This document shows, one piece after another, positions 13,401-26,045 of a stretch of DNA of 64,000 bases (within the stretch, counting starts at the first letter, position 1; each line of letters starts with the position of its first letter). The notes below the pieces were generated by a model. That model ran no database searches. It worked only from the letters and a program-made list of their open reading frames with translations, and was not told the DNA's origin. Source of the DNA: Octopus vulgaris (lineage: Eukaryota); the NCBI GenBank assembly GCA_951406725.2, contig OX597823.1:36084001-36148000 (forward strand), read 5' to 3'. The translations under genes and the position numbers were made by a program.

Positions 13401-14808
13401 CTCCCCCATTTCTAGTTGATTCTTTGGTATACTGTGTGCAGTATAAATTGAATTTGAAACCCTCAACTGAGTTTTCAATTTAGTAAAACAAGTTGAAAGA
13501 GATGCTTGTTCTCTTTGCTTCATAGATATTTCCCTTTCTTGTTGTTTTCGTAGTTAGTTTGCTACATCTTGCTGTTGATTTTAGCTGTGGTTCCTACATG
13601 GTATACCATTAGTTGTAGCTAGGAACACTACAAAAATAATAAAATTATATTGAAAACTAAATACCAAATGTTATTCTAACTATAAAGTGTTAATATAATA
13701 GGAGATATTACAACCCAGAAAGGAAGTGCTTCATTTATTGTAAATCAAATATGGTTATATTTAGATTCATACGCCCAATCAGTGAATATCATCTAATTTG
13801 TTTGTATTTTCCACTGATTACCATAATTTAGATTAACTTCACTTAATATTTGCCCTCACATATTCAGTTCAAGTAAAAAAAAATACCCACTAATTTACCA
13901 TAGATCACTGATGGACAACTTGTGGAAATCATTTATACATTTTCTTCTATTTATGGTACTCAACATTTTTTTTCCTCTATTTAAGAATCAAAATAGAAAG
14001 AATTTTGTTTCCAAAATCTATTTCAATAAGCACTTCAATTAGAGAAAAGAGAAAGGGTCTTCATTATTTAGATTATGCAAAAGATAATTGTTTTATACTG
14101 GCTTATCACAATAAGGTCTTTTAGAAAGGTTATTCTTTCAAGAAAGCATGGTCAAACAGATTTACATTGTTTTACTGCTATGTATGAAATGTGATTTTTT
14201 TTTTTTTATTAAAACATAGATGATGATCTTTACATTTACTACATTGTAAGACAAATGGAACTGACCTGTTACTTTTAGACAATGTTAACCCTTTCATTAC
14301 TATATTTCTAACACCGCTCATGAGTTTCAATTAAATTTTAAAATAATCCTAAATTTAGACTAGTTTCATTAAACAACTGTAACTTTTTTACTTATCAACA
14401 TATTAATGTGATATTTGGAACATAATTGAAGAGAGGGTTTTTAATCAATTCTGTTGCATAACTTTTGTCTCAAAGTGACTCTAATTACAGGTAAATCCAG
14501 GTAAACTGAGCAAAATGTAAAAATATTTATATTTTGTTTAAACATTACCATAGAAAATTAGTTCTCAGCTAATATTTAATTGAGGTATGCAACAAAATTT
14601 TAATATAGAAGAATTGTGCACATCACTAGATTATCAATTGAATTTAATGCACAGAAGAACAGGTGTACCATAAAGGTAAAATAAACTGAAATACTGGAAT
14701 TTGTTTTTGAAGAAAACTAGAAAATTAAATACAACTGAACGAAATATACTTACACACATACATGAATACACAGGAACATATATAATAAAGATTTACAATA
14801 GAAATTAA

Positions 14809-15609
14809 CCCCTTAATGGATCAATTATTTTGACATGGCATTTCATTTCAGAGCATTTTTTTTTCTCATTTTTAATTGTATACACTGTTAATTACAAAAA
14901 AAAATTTTTTATTTTGTTTCCTTTATTTTTTATTATAGTAATTAAAATGTACTTTTACTCATTTGGATTTAAACGAGTTAACTTAGACATTTTTATAAGA
15001 TGTATTGCTATTAAATCAAAGGAAAATTTTTTTTTAAATGAGATAGTTTATTTAGAATGATAATTTTTAAAACAAGGAGTTACACACAAAGTTATCTTGC
15101 AGACATCACACATGTATCTGCTTTCTCTTCGAATCTTCTTTTCTTTAGCATCTCTCTCCTCTGCACATTTTGCACACATGTCTAATTCATCCCCAGAGCT
15201 TTCCAGATCAGGAAATGAAAAATCGCTTTCATGATCGCTGAATATATCGAAATATTCATCCATTTTGGGGGAAAAAATGCGTAAATAATTCTCTTATTTG
15301 TATAAATAATAGAGAATCAAAATGAGACGGTTCTAAAATGACATCAACCTCCTCCTGAATCTGAGTATGCACTGAAGTAAAGGTTGAAAACTCCGAAGCA
15401 TAAATTCTTTGAAATGGCACCAGAATACGTGCTGCCAGGCATACGACAATGCGAGTAAATTCTTGCTTGCTCAAAAATGAAACAACACAAAACAAATAAA
15501 CTCACTTGAGTGCTAAAATTAAAAGTTAATTTTGACCAAGTATACTCGTCTGGTTCTAAAAAGATACATTTGTGATGCATGAATAAACTCGGGATAATTC
15601 ATTGAGGGG
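14809..15609 (-). mobile_element. Nested non-autonomous mini-piggyBac (801 bp)
   Basis: TTAA at 14805-14808 and 15610-15613. TIRs CCCCTTAATGGAT and (reverse complement) CCCCTCAATGAAT, different from the host element TIRs. Confidence 0.88.
15048..15263 (-). CDS. 71-aa mini-transposase ORF: acidic N-terminus fused to piggyBac C-terminal Cys-rich domain
   Basis: ATG to TAA uninterrupted: MDEYFDIFSDHESDFSFPDLESSGDELDM-CAKC...RRESRYMCDVCKITLCVTPCFKNYHSK. No DDD catalytic core. Expression unknown. Confidence 0.55.
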   Translation of the reverse strand: MDEYFDIFSDHESDFSFPDLESSGDELDMCAKCAEERDAKEKKIRRESRYMCDVCKITLCVTPCFKNYHSK

Positions 15610-15719
15610 TTAAATCAAAACTTGTCACTCACCTTACAGGTAAATTAAAATAAAAAGTTAAACTAAGTAAATTTGAAAAATATTTATACAATCTAATTAT
15701 ACATATATACAAACAATAT

Positions 15720-17299
15720 TCACACAATATTTCTATCATGGAAAGTTGTAAAACATCCCACTCTACATACTGCAACCTTGCAGAATGCACATTGGAAATA
15801 CTTTTCAACTGGCCATCAACTAGGAGTTTTTCTTTGTTGATGTAGACATTCACGGCTCTGCCTTTTGCGACCTCCGATGTTTTCTAATTTATGTAGATTG
15901 GCTGAACTCAGGAATGTCTCTCTGGCAGGCTTTGCTTTTCCTTCCTGCAGTTATTTTTTTAGAAGAATAACCTGCATAGGTACATCTGCTCAGAACTGCA
16001 GATGGTTGCACCACTTGCAAACCCTTCCTGATTTGGTATATAATATAAATGCATTTACAATGCTCATGTTTACTATATACCAAACCAGGTATAGCCACCA
16101 TTTATTACCCGGTCTACGAACCAGATAATAACTCATCATCTGGTTCAGCTTGTGCACAGATAGATAGAAAATTTATTTGCCTCTTATCTCTATATGCTGT
16201 CGCTAGCAGATTTCTTTTCTGCCGTTGGATTATTTCACCTCTATTTTTTAATTTTGCTTTTTTTATATCCAATGGTAGCCCTTGTCTACTAGCAATTACT
16301 GTAGCACACGTATACATTGCCACAGCTTCTAAATCCACTGCAAGTTTGACCGAACTAAAAAATCGGTCAAAAAATAATATACAGCCCTGGTTATGGTATG
16401 GAAGTGATAAATTCCAGACCACATTGTACCCTAGGCCATGCTGACTAACATTATTGTCTCTTTTCCCTGTATAAAAGCTAAGTCCACAGCAGTACTCAGT
16501 ATTTGCTTCACAAATTTTCCAAACTTTGATTCCCCATTATGTGGGCTTTCCTGGCATATACTGTCGGAAGTGTACCATTCCTTTATACCCCACCATGCCC
16601 TCATCGATGGATAAGTATCTCCCAGGGTTGTAAAATGTTTTATTTCCTTTTTGAACGCAGTCGATGAGGGGTTTTATAAGGGATCAGTTTGGTTCTCCAC
16701 GTACTGGGGTATTGCTAGTGTCTCTCACATGTACATACTGTTCTGTTTCACAAATTGTATTCAGGTCATAATGGTGGAAACATACTGATCGCCAAAAGCT
16801 TCCTGATTGCTCCAGTAATTTATAATTCTGGGTAACTGTCTTATACCCATAATAATAATTATGGCAAAAAATGCCCATATTTCATCTATGGTTGTAGGAA
16901 ACCACAAGCTATCTTTTTTTCCAGCTTGTTTACATTCTGCGTAATGGTTTGTTTCCACAGTAATTGCTTCAAACAAGCATGCTGGAAAAAAGAAAAAGAA
17001 AGTCTAATGGTTTTGCTTCCTGAGAAAGATTATGGGTAGACCCTGTCTCCTCAGAAAAATTGTTAGTAAAAACTTTTAAACTTTTTACTCCATTCTGGTG
17101 TAAAATCAGCCTCGCTGTCAATGTCACCGTTTTCCATTTCTTCAGAATCGCTGGTTTTGGACACAGAAATATCCGATTCATTTTCGTCCACCACGTGCTT
17201 TTGCACCTCATTCATTCTTTTCCTTGATATCTCTGTATCTTCGGTTGAAATGCCTTCAAATTCGGAATCACTGCTTGATAGCATGAAATTCCTCTCCAT
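15720..17299 (-). pseudogene. piggyBac transposase pseudogene
   Basis: Acidic N-terminus (MERNFMLSSSDSEFEG), ITVETNHYA, IMGIRQLPRIINYWS, YLSIDEGMVGYKG, YMPGKPT*WGIKVW, LFFDRFFSSV, C-terminal CAFCKVAVCRVGCFTTFH. Several frameshifts and stops. Confidence 0.92.
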
Positions 17300-18089
17300 T
17301 TTCAAAGTTGAAAAAATTAACGCCAAAAAAAAACAGAAAAAAATCTTCTGAAATTCCATGCCAAACAATGCCGGATACAGTAACTCAACTGTTTGCAAAA
17401 TGAAATCACTTGTTTTAATGAATGTACTAATGAGATTTGGGTTCAAATTTACAATTAAATAACAATGGGTGCTCTTGGCAGGCTACAGCCGGGTTAGTAA
17501 TGAAACGGTTAAATAATTTAGTAACCTAGAGTATGTTCTTCTCAATGGTAGTGTGGGCTTACAAAGCAGTTTATTTTGTTTGACATTATGGCACTGCTAA
17601 CATTGTAGCAGCTTTATTAAAAAGGGAGGGAATTCCTTTATTAAAACAGTCGTTTAGTATAAGAAAGTTAATTTGTAATTTCCTTTAACAAAGAACATGT
17701 ATATGTAAGTGAATGTGAGTGTATATGTATGTAGTTCATATCAAAGTAGACATTGGAGCATGGCACAGTCCTCCAGTTTGCCAGAGCCTGTCAAACCATC
17801 CAGGCCACGATGCATGGAAGTTAGATGTTAAGCATGATGATAATGGTGTGTGTGTATTATATACTAATGTAGATATGTATACATAGAAACACAGTATTTA
17901 CACACATGATTTATATTGATGGGAATGCATGTGTGATTGATGTGTTGTGTTTTATATATATATATATCAAACTGTTCGAACAGGAACATGAAACTCTGAG
18001 CAACAGCTTTTGTTATATTTCTGCTGCTTTTAAATAAAGAATATACATATATATATATATATTTATATTTTTTGTTTCAAATTTGTGTG

Positions 18090-18855
18090 AATGTACAGAA
18101 TAATACCAGTTGAATACAGTTAAAACATGGTCTGGTTTTGGCATTTTTTATTATGGTATTTTAACATATTTTGTATTGCTTATAAAGTGTTATAAGCGCT
18201 TTTATACATTCGTAGTAATCCTCAGATTTCAAACTTATTTAACTGATGCTGTAGTACCCCTCAGAACGTGCCAACAAACTGAATTTTTGGAATATGGTTT
18301 TGAACAATTCGCATGCAGCTTAAACGTCACAGTTTGCTGGGCATACCAATATTCTACACTTGTTTATATTCATGTTAAAGATATTTTTTAATCTACATCA
18401 TTAAATGGTTGTTATATTATTGTTGTTATTTCCATTCAGAACAAGTTTGAATATTTTAACCTCACTTGTGTCATGTAGTTTGTGGAAAGGAAGAATAAGA
18501 AACATTTTCTGACCACATTTCTATATGTTTGCCTAATGGAATTTGGTGAACATTGGCGTTCCGGATTTGTTGTCTGTGGACTCATGAGCGTTGTGATAAT
18601 GCATTCCCCATCTTACCTATATATATATATATATAGTTCCTCACAATTTGAGCATTGAATGCAATAGATCAGATTTTTGCTTTTGCAGTTCATATCTGCA
18701 TTTGAGTAAAATCTGTCCATTTCTTTTGTTCTAATGGATCTACTAGTATGCATGTATTGATACGTGCCACATCTGTTATCATTACACTTGGATACTGTGA
18801 ATGTATTATGTTTGTTCATTGTTGAATTTTGCTTTTGTTAATTCTTTCATTAAGT
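18090..18855 (-). mobile_element. Penelope-like retroelement 3' fragment (GIY-YIG endonuclease)
   Basis: CNDNRCGTY...MNCKSKNLIYCIQCSNCEELYI matches the Cys-flanked GIY-YIG start of Penelope elements. A (TA)n expansion disrupts the YIG motif. Hammerhead relic downstream on the same strand. Confidence 0.75.
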
Positions 18856-19062
18856 TATATATGTGTGTATGTGTATGTATATATATATATATATATAATA
18901 GGGTAAAGGTGATGATTTAGATGGAAATAACTACAGGGGTATCAAATTATTGAATCAGGTGATGAAAGTTATTGAGAGGGCCATAGCCCAATTAATTAGG
19001 GAGAGAATTAGCTTAGATGAGAGGCAGTTTTGTTTTGTGCTAGGCTGAAGTACCAGTGTTGC

Positions 19063-19178
19063 TATATGTATGTGTGTATGTACGTATGTATATGTATGTA
19101 CGTATGTGTATGTATGTATATGTATGTACGTATGTATATGTATGTACGTATATATATGTATGTATATATATATATACA
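19063..19178. repeat. (TATG/TACG/TA)n microsatellite
   Basis: Direct inspection. Confidence 0.9.
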
Positions 19179-19386
19179 TTATAAGCTCTATTCCAAATTC
19201 TCACTTATTTCCAAATACTGTAATACTTCCCCATAGCCATTGTTTTCACCAAATATTGGAATGAAGAACACTGCTGAAGTGATGATAGTAATCCTTATTT
19301 ACAACTATCTGTAGATGTGAAGACAAGAGACACGTACATACTCAGTGTGTGTGTGTATGCATATTTGCATTAAGATTGACATTATA

Positions 19387-19960
19387 AGGGCGTACTCAAA
19401 AGATACGGGAATTTTGCAATATTATTTTATTCACTTACTTTTACATGTTTACACTTTTATTGCCTTCAAAGTATTCTGCAGTTGAAGTAAAGCATCGGTC
19501 CAGATGCATTTTCCACTGTTCAAAGCAGTCCTGAAACTCTTGTGAAGTGATGCCTTTTAATACCTCCATCACTTTTTCTTTACCTCTTCCACATCTGCAA
19601 AATGTTTTCCTTTAAGGACTTTTCCCATTTCGTGGAACAAAAAACAGTTGCAGAGAGCAAGATCAGGTGATTAGGAATGGTGGGAAAGTGGGATCGTGCT
19701 ATTTTTGGTCAAAATCACTCGTACTCAAAGCGATGTGCAGAACTTCCAAGTAAAATGTCTGGTTAACACTTTGATGAGGAGGAATAAATTGTGTGGACAA
19801 GACCTTTCGCATCATCTTGACATTGGACTTCACTTGATGTGCTTTTTTGGGACATGGTGACATTGAATGCTTTCATTGACTTGATTGCTGCTTCATTTCC
19901 TGGCTGTAGCAGTGTGAGAGACTGTTTACATTCTGCACTGGGCTTAGCTGCAGACTGTTG
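19387..19960 (-). mobile_element. mariner fragment
   Basis: TIR-like start AGGGCGTACTCAAAAGA after TA. Minus strand shows decayed HFPTIPNHLIL/YSPDLA-like region and a QWKMHLDRCF-type C-terminus. Confidence 0.6.
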
Positions 19961-19984
19961 CTTGTCATTTTAGCCACCAATGTA

Positions 19985-20943
19985 AGAAGGTTGGCTGAAA
20001 AGTTCATTAGCTGACTGAGATACTCCCATGAATGCGACCAAATGAGGTTTATTTTTCAGCATAATCCTCTTTGTGGTCCATATTCTTCTTCCATTGGTGT
20101 TGCAGTGCTTGGAGCCCATTGGTGAACAAAGAAGGTCATCAACAGCAGATATGACATCCGAACCAAGTGTCTTTTCATGTTGGGGAACAAATGATAGTCA
20201 GATGGAGCTAAATCAGGAGAATAAAGAGGATGGTCACCCGGTTCAAAGCCAGAGCTACATACCAGAACATTGTCTTGATGAAACAATGTCCCTTTCACTA
20301 GTTTTCGTCGTTTGGTCTTGGTAGCCTTTCATAACTGTCTCAGCACATTGGTATAGTACTCTCCATCTTCTTTTTGAAGATATGTCAGATTTTGCCATCC
20401 TGGTGCACTATCGACCAGGTGTCAGAAGATGTGGCACTCACCAAGCAGAAACCTTTATGACACCAGGTTCATTGTGCAGAACATTCTCAACTCTCACAGG
20501 ATGTGCCAATAGCATTGGCTATTTCATTTATAGTCAATCACCTGTCATCCATCAGCATGTGATGAAGATAATGTTTTCTTCAGTGGTGGTAGTTTCAGGT
20601 CATCAAGTATCTCCCTACTCCTCCTAAATTCAGTTTCTCATTTTTACACTGTTGATAAAGCTGGAGCTTCACCCTCTAATGTAGCAACCATATCAGCATG
20701 AATGTCCTTGGGAACTAAAACCTTCTGCAGGTGCTTGGTAAAAACACAATGCCAAATTTTGTTGTTTTTCCCAAGAAGTCCCTGTAGTTACTTTTGAAGT
20801 CTTTCAATAGTCAGATGTTAGTTTACCTGGTGGGGAAAATGCCCTTATTAAGAAGAGATGAAATTAATGCATGCAAGATTTTGCAACTGTAGCATCATAT
20901 TTCTCCTTCATAGCCAACTTATGAACTTTTCAGCTCACCCTGA
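19985..20943 (-). mobile_element. mariner element, internally deleted
   Basis: TIR core GCTGAAAAGTTCAT at both ends in inverted orientation. Protein fragment FHQDN...HPLYSPDLAPSDYHLFPNMK. Confidence 0.85.
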
Positions 20944-22419
20944 TACGAAAATTGTAAATTTCAGAAGTCCATCTGTCACACAATTACAGTAGGTTACCAC
21001 CCAGTTACTTTAAGAGATCATTACAGCACAAAACTGAAAGCTAGATAGAAAAAACATTTGTTAATATTACTACTATCCTATATAAGATAGAATTTCACTA
21101 AAATTTATACTATGTATGGAACCTACAGCAAAATACAAGTCAAAAATTTGAGTCAGATACAACACAAAAAATAAACAATGAAAGTATCTAGCAATTAACT
21201 GCTATATTTTGAATCTAGTAATGGCGTTTTTTATCAATGACTGCATCATCCTTGTAATTGCTTGCTGCCTACAACAAAATGTAACAACACATCACTTTTA
21301 TTTCATTCAAAGTATAATGCCAAAAAGACATTAAAATGTTAGTTTATATGTTTGTTATATATGTCTGTATCATTATCACCATTTTGGCTTGAGTAAGATG
21401 ATTTGACAGAATTCAATGGGTCAGAGGACCACATTAGGCTCCAGTGTTTCATTTTTGGCATGGTTTCTATGGCTGGACATATTTCCTAGCACCAACTACT
21501 TTACGAATCAGCAGTATAGTGGTAGCTTTGTCATCAGCAACACTAAAATGGCCTGTCAAGCTATGTGTTGTTGCTGTTAGATCAATTACCAATCATTTAG
21601 AGAGACTACAGGATTTTTGTGGCACCCAGTATACTGTTGGAGTCTCCATGCAGCTTGCAAAGTAAAATAGAACCTCCATGATGGGAGTACCAGACTTATT
21701 GTGAGAGGATAGTAATGGAGAATTGTGTGTGTGTGTGTGTATACATATTGTGAAGGTGTATAGTGTAGCTGATGTGGTTAGGTAGGGGGCCCACAATCAT
21801 AAAGTGATGAGTTTGATTTTTGGACTTGGCAGGAATAATCTGTTCACATTGTTGCAGTTTACTCACCTGTAAATGAATACTGCCATAATGCTGGTGCAAG
21901 TGTGGTACAAGCTACGAGGGTATATTTGTTTATTGGTAACTACTAAGCTGTTTGATTTTCACATTTCCATTTTATGCCACAATAATCAGAAATGCACACA
22001 TCAAAAAAATTTCACCTTGTGTTAAATCTCAGTTGTTAATTATCGTTATTATAATTAACTCTACATTTATGTGTGTGTGTGTGTGTGTGTACTTTTGTAG
22101 GAAAAATTTAACCAGAAATGAATCCTTAAATTTTTTGAAATGTTCTGTCTGTTTTCTGTGCCCATCCTTATATATTCATTTATTTAGTTGAATTTATTTG
22201 ATCTGATATGGGTCTAATTAAAGAACGACTTTATTTTTCTAAGAAATATTTTTCCCAAAAATGTGATGGCTGGGGAAGGGGCGAAACTATTGTCAGTCTT
22301 TGCAGCTAAATGACAAAACACTTCAGTTCTTCAGTGCAATGTTTGTCTTTATGGAACTTGCTTTTGTTGCTCCCTCTGAGTGTTGTGACTTTTATTCTAT
22401 CACTACTCTGTCTTAACAG

Positions 22420-22476
22420 TCCATGGGTGCAGCCATTTTACCTCTGGAGCCCTTAATGTGCAACTCACCATTTTCG
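22420..22476 (+). CDS. Candidate 57-nt cassette exon (SMGAAILPLEPLMCNSPFS)
   Basis: ctctgtcttaacag|TCC ATG GGT...TTT TCG|gtaagt. Consensus donor, length 3n, open in the phase-0 frame required by intron D-E. No homology support. Confidence 0.55.
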
Positions 22477-23508
22477 GTAAGTACTGCTCATTATAGTGGA
22501 GAAGGAACACTTTTATTATTTTGTCAATATAATGTTACTAATAATGTACTGCCTTTTCTAAATTAGGTAAAAATGTTTATTAAAGATAGTATATATTGCA
22601 TTGCAGGATTGCCGATTCTAGCAATAAATTTACATTGGAATACTAGAAACTGAAACAAATATATTGATTAGCAGCCAATTTGTTTTTTTCCTTTTTCTCT
22701 TTCATATATTTTTTGTTTTTGTTGCTTTGTTTAAAATTTTCTCTCCTTTTCATGTATTTTCTCTTAATTCTGATATTTGCATATCATAAAGGGATATTTA
22801 GATTTTTTTTTTTTAAATATTTGTATATATACGATTAAATATTTTCTCTTTGAAGTATCTTATTGATAGGCTGCAATGGATTTTGTTCCCTCTCTAGGAT
22901 GACAGGATGCAATAGTCATTAGTTATTCTAACCAACTCAGTATAATACTAGTAATTATTGAGAAGTAAAACTATAGTTTAATTTTCAAAATATTGTCTAA
23001 AAGAATGATGACAATTGTTTCCCCTTAAAGAACTGGATTAGAGACCATGTGATATCTTTGTTGTCAACTTGTCCACTTCTAATTTCTCATAAATCTTGTA
23101 CTTTAGCCCTTATTTTGGTGTTTTTATAACATCAGATGGCTGTCTGTTGTCACAGTTCAGCATTTTTAAAGCATGAGGTGTATTCAAAAATTATCCGACT
23201 TAATTTTTTCCTGCCAAAACTAATGTCATGTGAGCAAAATCCTTTGGGAGGTGACGCTGCCCTTCCTCAGTACAGATGTGTAGTCTATTGGAGTGAAAAT
23301 TTTCACACATGCGTAAGAAAGATGACATCACCTCCCACCCAAAGGATTTTCCATGTGGCATTAGATTTGGTGGGAAAAAGATAAAGTCAAATATTTTTTT
23401 TGAACGTACCTCATATATTGAGTTCGGAAATTTTCCCTATTGTGAACATAAATTTGTACATGTTGAATAGAGCATTCAGTTAGGAAAAACAAAACTCAAC
23501 TTAAACCA

Positions 23509-24294
23509 CAGGGCGTTTGGGCTAAATATGACCATTTTCATAAATGGAAAACTTAATACCCTATCCCAAAATAAGAATATTTTTAATGATCAAAAAATAC
23601 CAACTAGATGATGACTGGGAGATAAGTTTAATCAAAGTAGTCACTCTCATCTGCTTTAAGATGGCTTCAGAATTTGGCATATGTGTTCTTCACTGTGTCC
23701 CTGGGAAAATCTTTGAATACCTCCTTAGTGTTGCAGGCTGAGCAGTTGATGTCTTTCTCAACCACACTCCACATATAGTAATCCATGGGATTATAATTGG
23801 AGGGAGGGATTATGAGAGGAGAAATTGGGAGCTAGTAAAGTCATAAAAATTCTTCAACAACCACTTGATTTTTTATTCCAGAAGTATAGCAAGGAGCGAA
23901 ATCCTGCTGCCACTTGTATGGCCTTCAGCAGCTTCACACAGCCATCTGAATTGAGCCTAAGGCCCCGTTCAAAGATGTGGGGATGAAGTCTGGCAACCTG
24001 ATGCAGTCAGAATGGCTGCTGTGACCCCTCTTGCTTGGCCTTGTAGTCACTATTGCAGCTGTCCATGTCACGTCTTACAGCCATTACAGTGTTCAATGAA
24101 CATTAAACTGCAGTTTTGATACCTGGTGCAAATCATCAAGAGATAACTCTTTTCCAACATTCAAATGGCTTCCAGTCCTCTGTGTGAGCTAATTTTTTCT
24201 CAACTACAATTTCAATCTTTATACTTTCCAATGCCATTGACTGTTCATGAAAAAAGGAGACATGAAAATTGTCACATTTAGCCCAAATGCCCTG
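23509..24294 (-). mobile_element. Tc1/mariner-superfamily deletion derivative (maT/DD37D-like remnant), copy 1
   Basis: TIRs CAGGGCGTTTGGGCTAAATATGAC and GTCACATTTAGCCCAAATGCCCTG-TA. Minus-strand remnant NPMDYYMWSVVE. Confidence 0.8.
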
Positions 24295-26014
24295 TATTGT
24301 TATAAAAGTTTGTGCATATGTGAAGAATTCAGGAATTTAGCTAGTGGAGGCTAGTTTCAATTTGTAATTAGAATTACTTTCTTCAATATGATTTAGAAAA
24401 GTTAAAATGTTAAAAGTTCCTATTTTCACAATGTAATTTCAATTTCCTTATCTCTTTGACATGCATATTTTCAGGATATTCTTTTATTGTTGTAATAATA
24501 GTAGATACTGCTTAAATTTTTGGCACAATATACAACTTACATTGAATTCCAAGTTGAATTTATTGGGAGTAGATTTCCATTTTCTATAAATCTAAGGTTT
24601 CAGCACATTACCATTCAGTATTTGTAAAAGTAGGTGCTCGTAACAAATTGACATAGACTGAAATTACTTTCCAAATGCTGTGTGTTGTTGAGCAATTTGT
24701 AAGTTTGAAACTGCAGTTTTAGTTAGGCTTGGACCTAAAGAAATGTTTTATAGTCTGGAGCAATTTATATAATTTATAAACTTTGGAAATTACAAACATC
24801 TATATTTTCAATTTTCCTGTAAGAATCACTATAAAATTTTACACCTAATTAAGTTTCTTTAAAAATTTTATTTTTACTGGCCAAATTACTAATTAAATGC
24901 TTAGTTTTTGCAATTTTTCTGTATCTTCTGAGTAATTACATACTTTGTGAATATTCAGACTACTGGACATTTTTAGTTGGCACTGCTGCTTAGGGTCAAA
25001 ACAAAAATTGGTCTGTTCCTTGTCTTTTGAGATAGGGTGTGAACTATTTTCAAGTGTGTGTTTAATGAGTTTGGATTTAGAATTGTTCGTATGATAGGAC
25101 TTCAACATGTCAATTTATTAGGCTTCAAAAATGGTTCACAATCAAGTTTGCAGCTTAGTTACTATGGCCACTGTAAAAATACTGCTTTACCAATATTGAT
25201 ATTGTTTTCATTTAAATAAATCAACTATTAACATTGGTTAATCTGCAGATATGACATTAGTTTAATCCCACTTGCAGTTTTATTGTCTAGAAGCAAATGA
25301 TACTGATCCTTAAGTTCAAATATGCATCATTTATATTTGTGACCGTTGAGAAAGGTTTTATATTTCTCCTCCTTTCAGTGCTTTTGTTACAAATTAAATT
25401 CTATTTATTGGGGAGGGAAAAAGTTTTTGGTAAAACCATTTGATTAATCATCTGTTTGGAAGCTGTGTACCTCGACACTGTTATTTCTACTTAAAACTCA
25501 TCAAAATTTTTCTTGATTCTCAAAGTTTTACTAATTTTCAATTGAGCTAAGCATTTCTGACAATTTCTTGATTGTATTTGATAGATGATCAAGACAATAT
25601 TTATTACATAAAGTTGACCAAGGAGGTCAAATGGAAACGTAAAATGGAAAACATGATATTGTAATTGTAGAGAATAATCAAATTAGGGTGTGTTAATTTG
25701 TGTATCAATTAGAGTATGTTAATATATATGCTTCAAAAAAAAAAAAAAAAACTAAGAAGCAAGTTTGTATCTATTGACATCAGCATCATTTAGCATCCAC
25801 TTTTCTATGGGTCAAATGGAATTCATTGAGGTTCTCGAAGTTAGATGTGCTTCCTCTTGCTAACTTTCACTTATTTCCAAAATAATATTTACTCTTGGTT
25901 ACCCATTTTCATGGAAGATTGGTAACAACACCACTTGTATATGGTGATGTTCATTTACAACTATTATGTAATATCAAAACAAAGACCCACAAATACACAC
26001 ACAGCATCACTACT

Positions 26015-26045
<31 letters not shown>

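Larger units (their letters stand above)
14289..17508 (-). mobile_element. piggyBac DNA transposon (PGBD4-like), full length but inactivated
   Basis: TTAA at 14285-14288 and 17509-17512. TIRs CCCTTTCATTACTA and TAGTAATGAAACGG (1 mismatch). About 2.4 kb once the nested element is removed. Confidence 0.93.
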
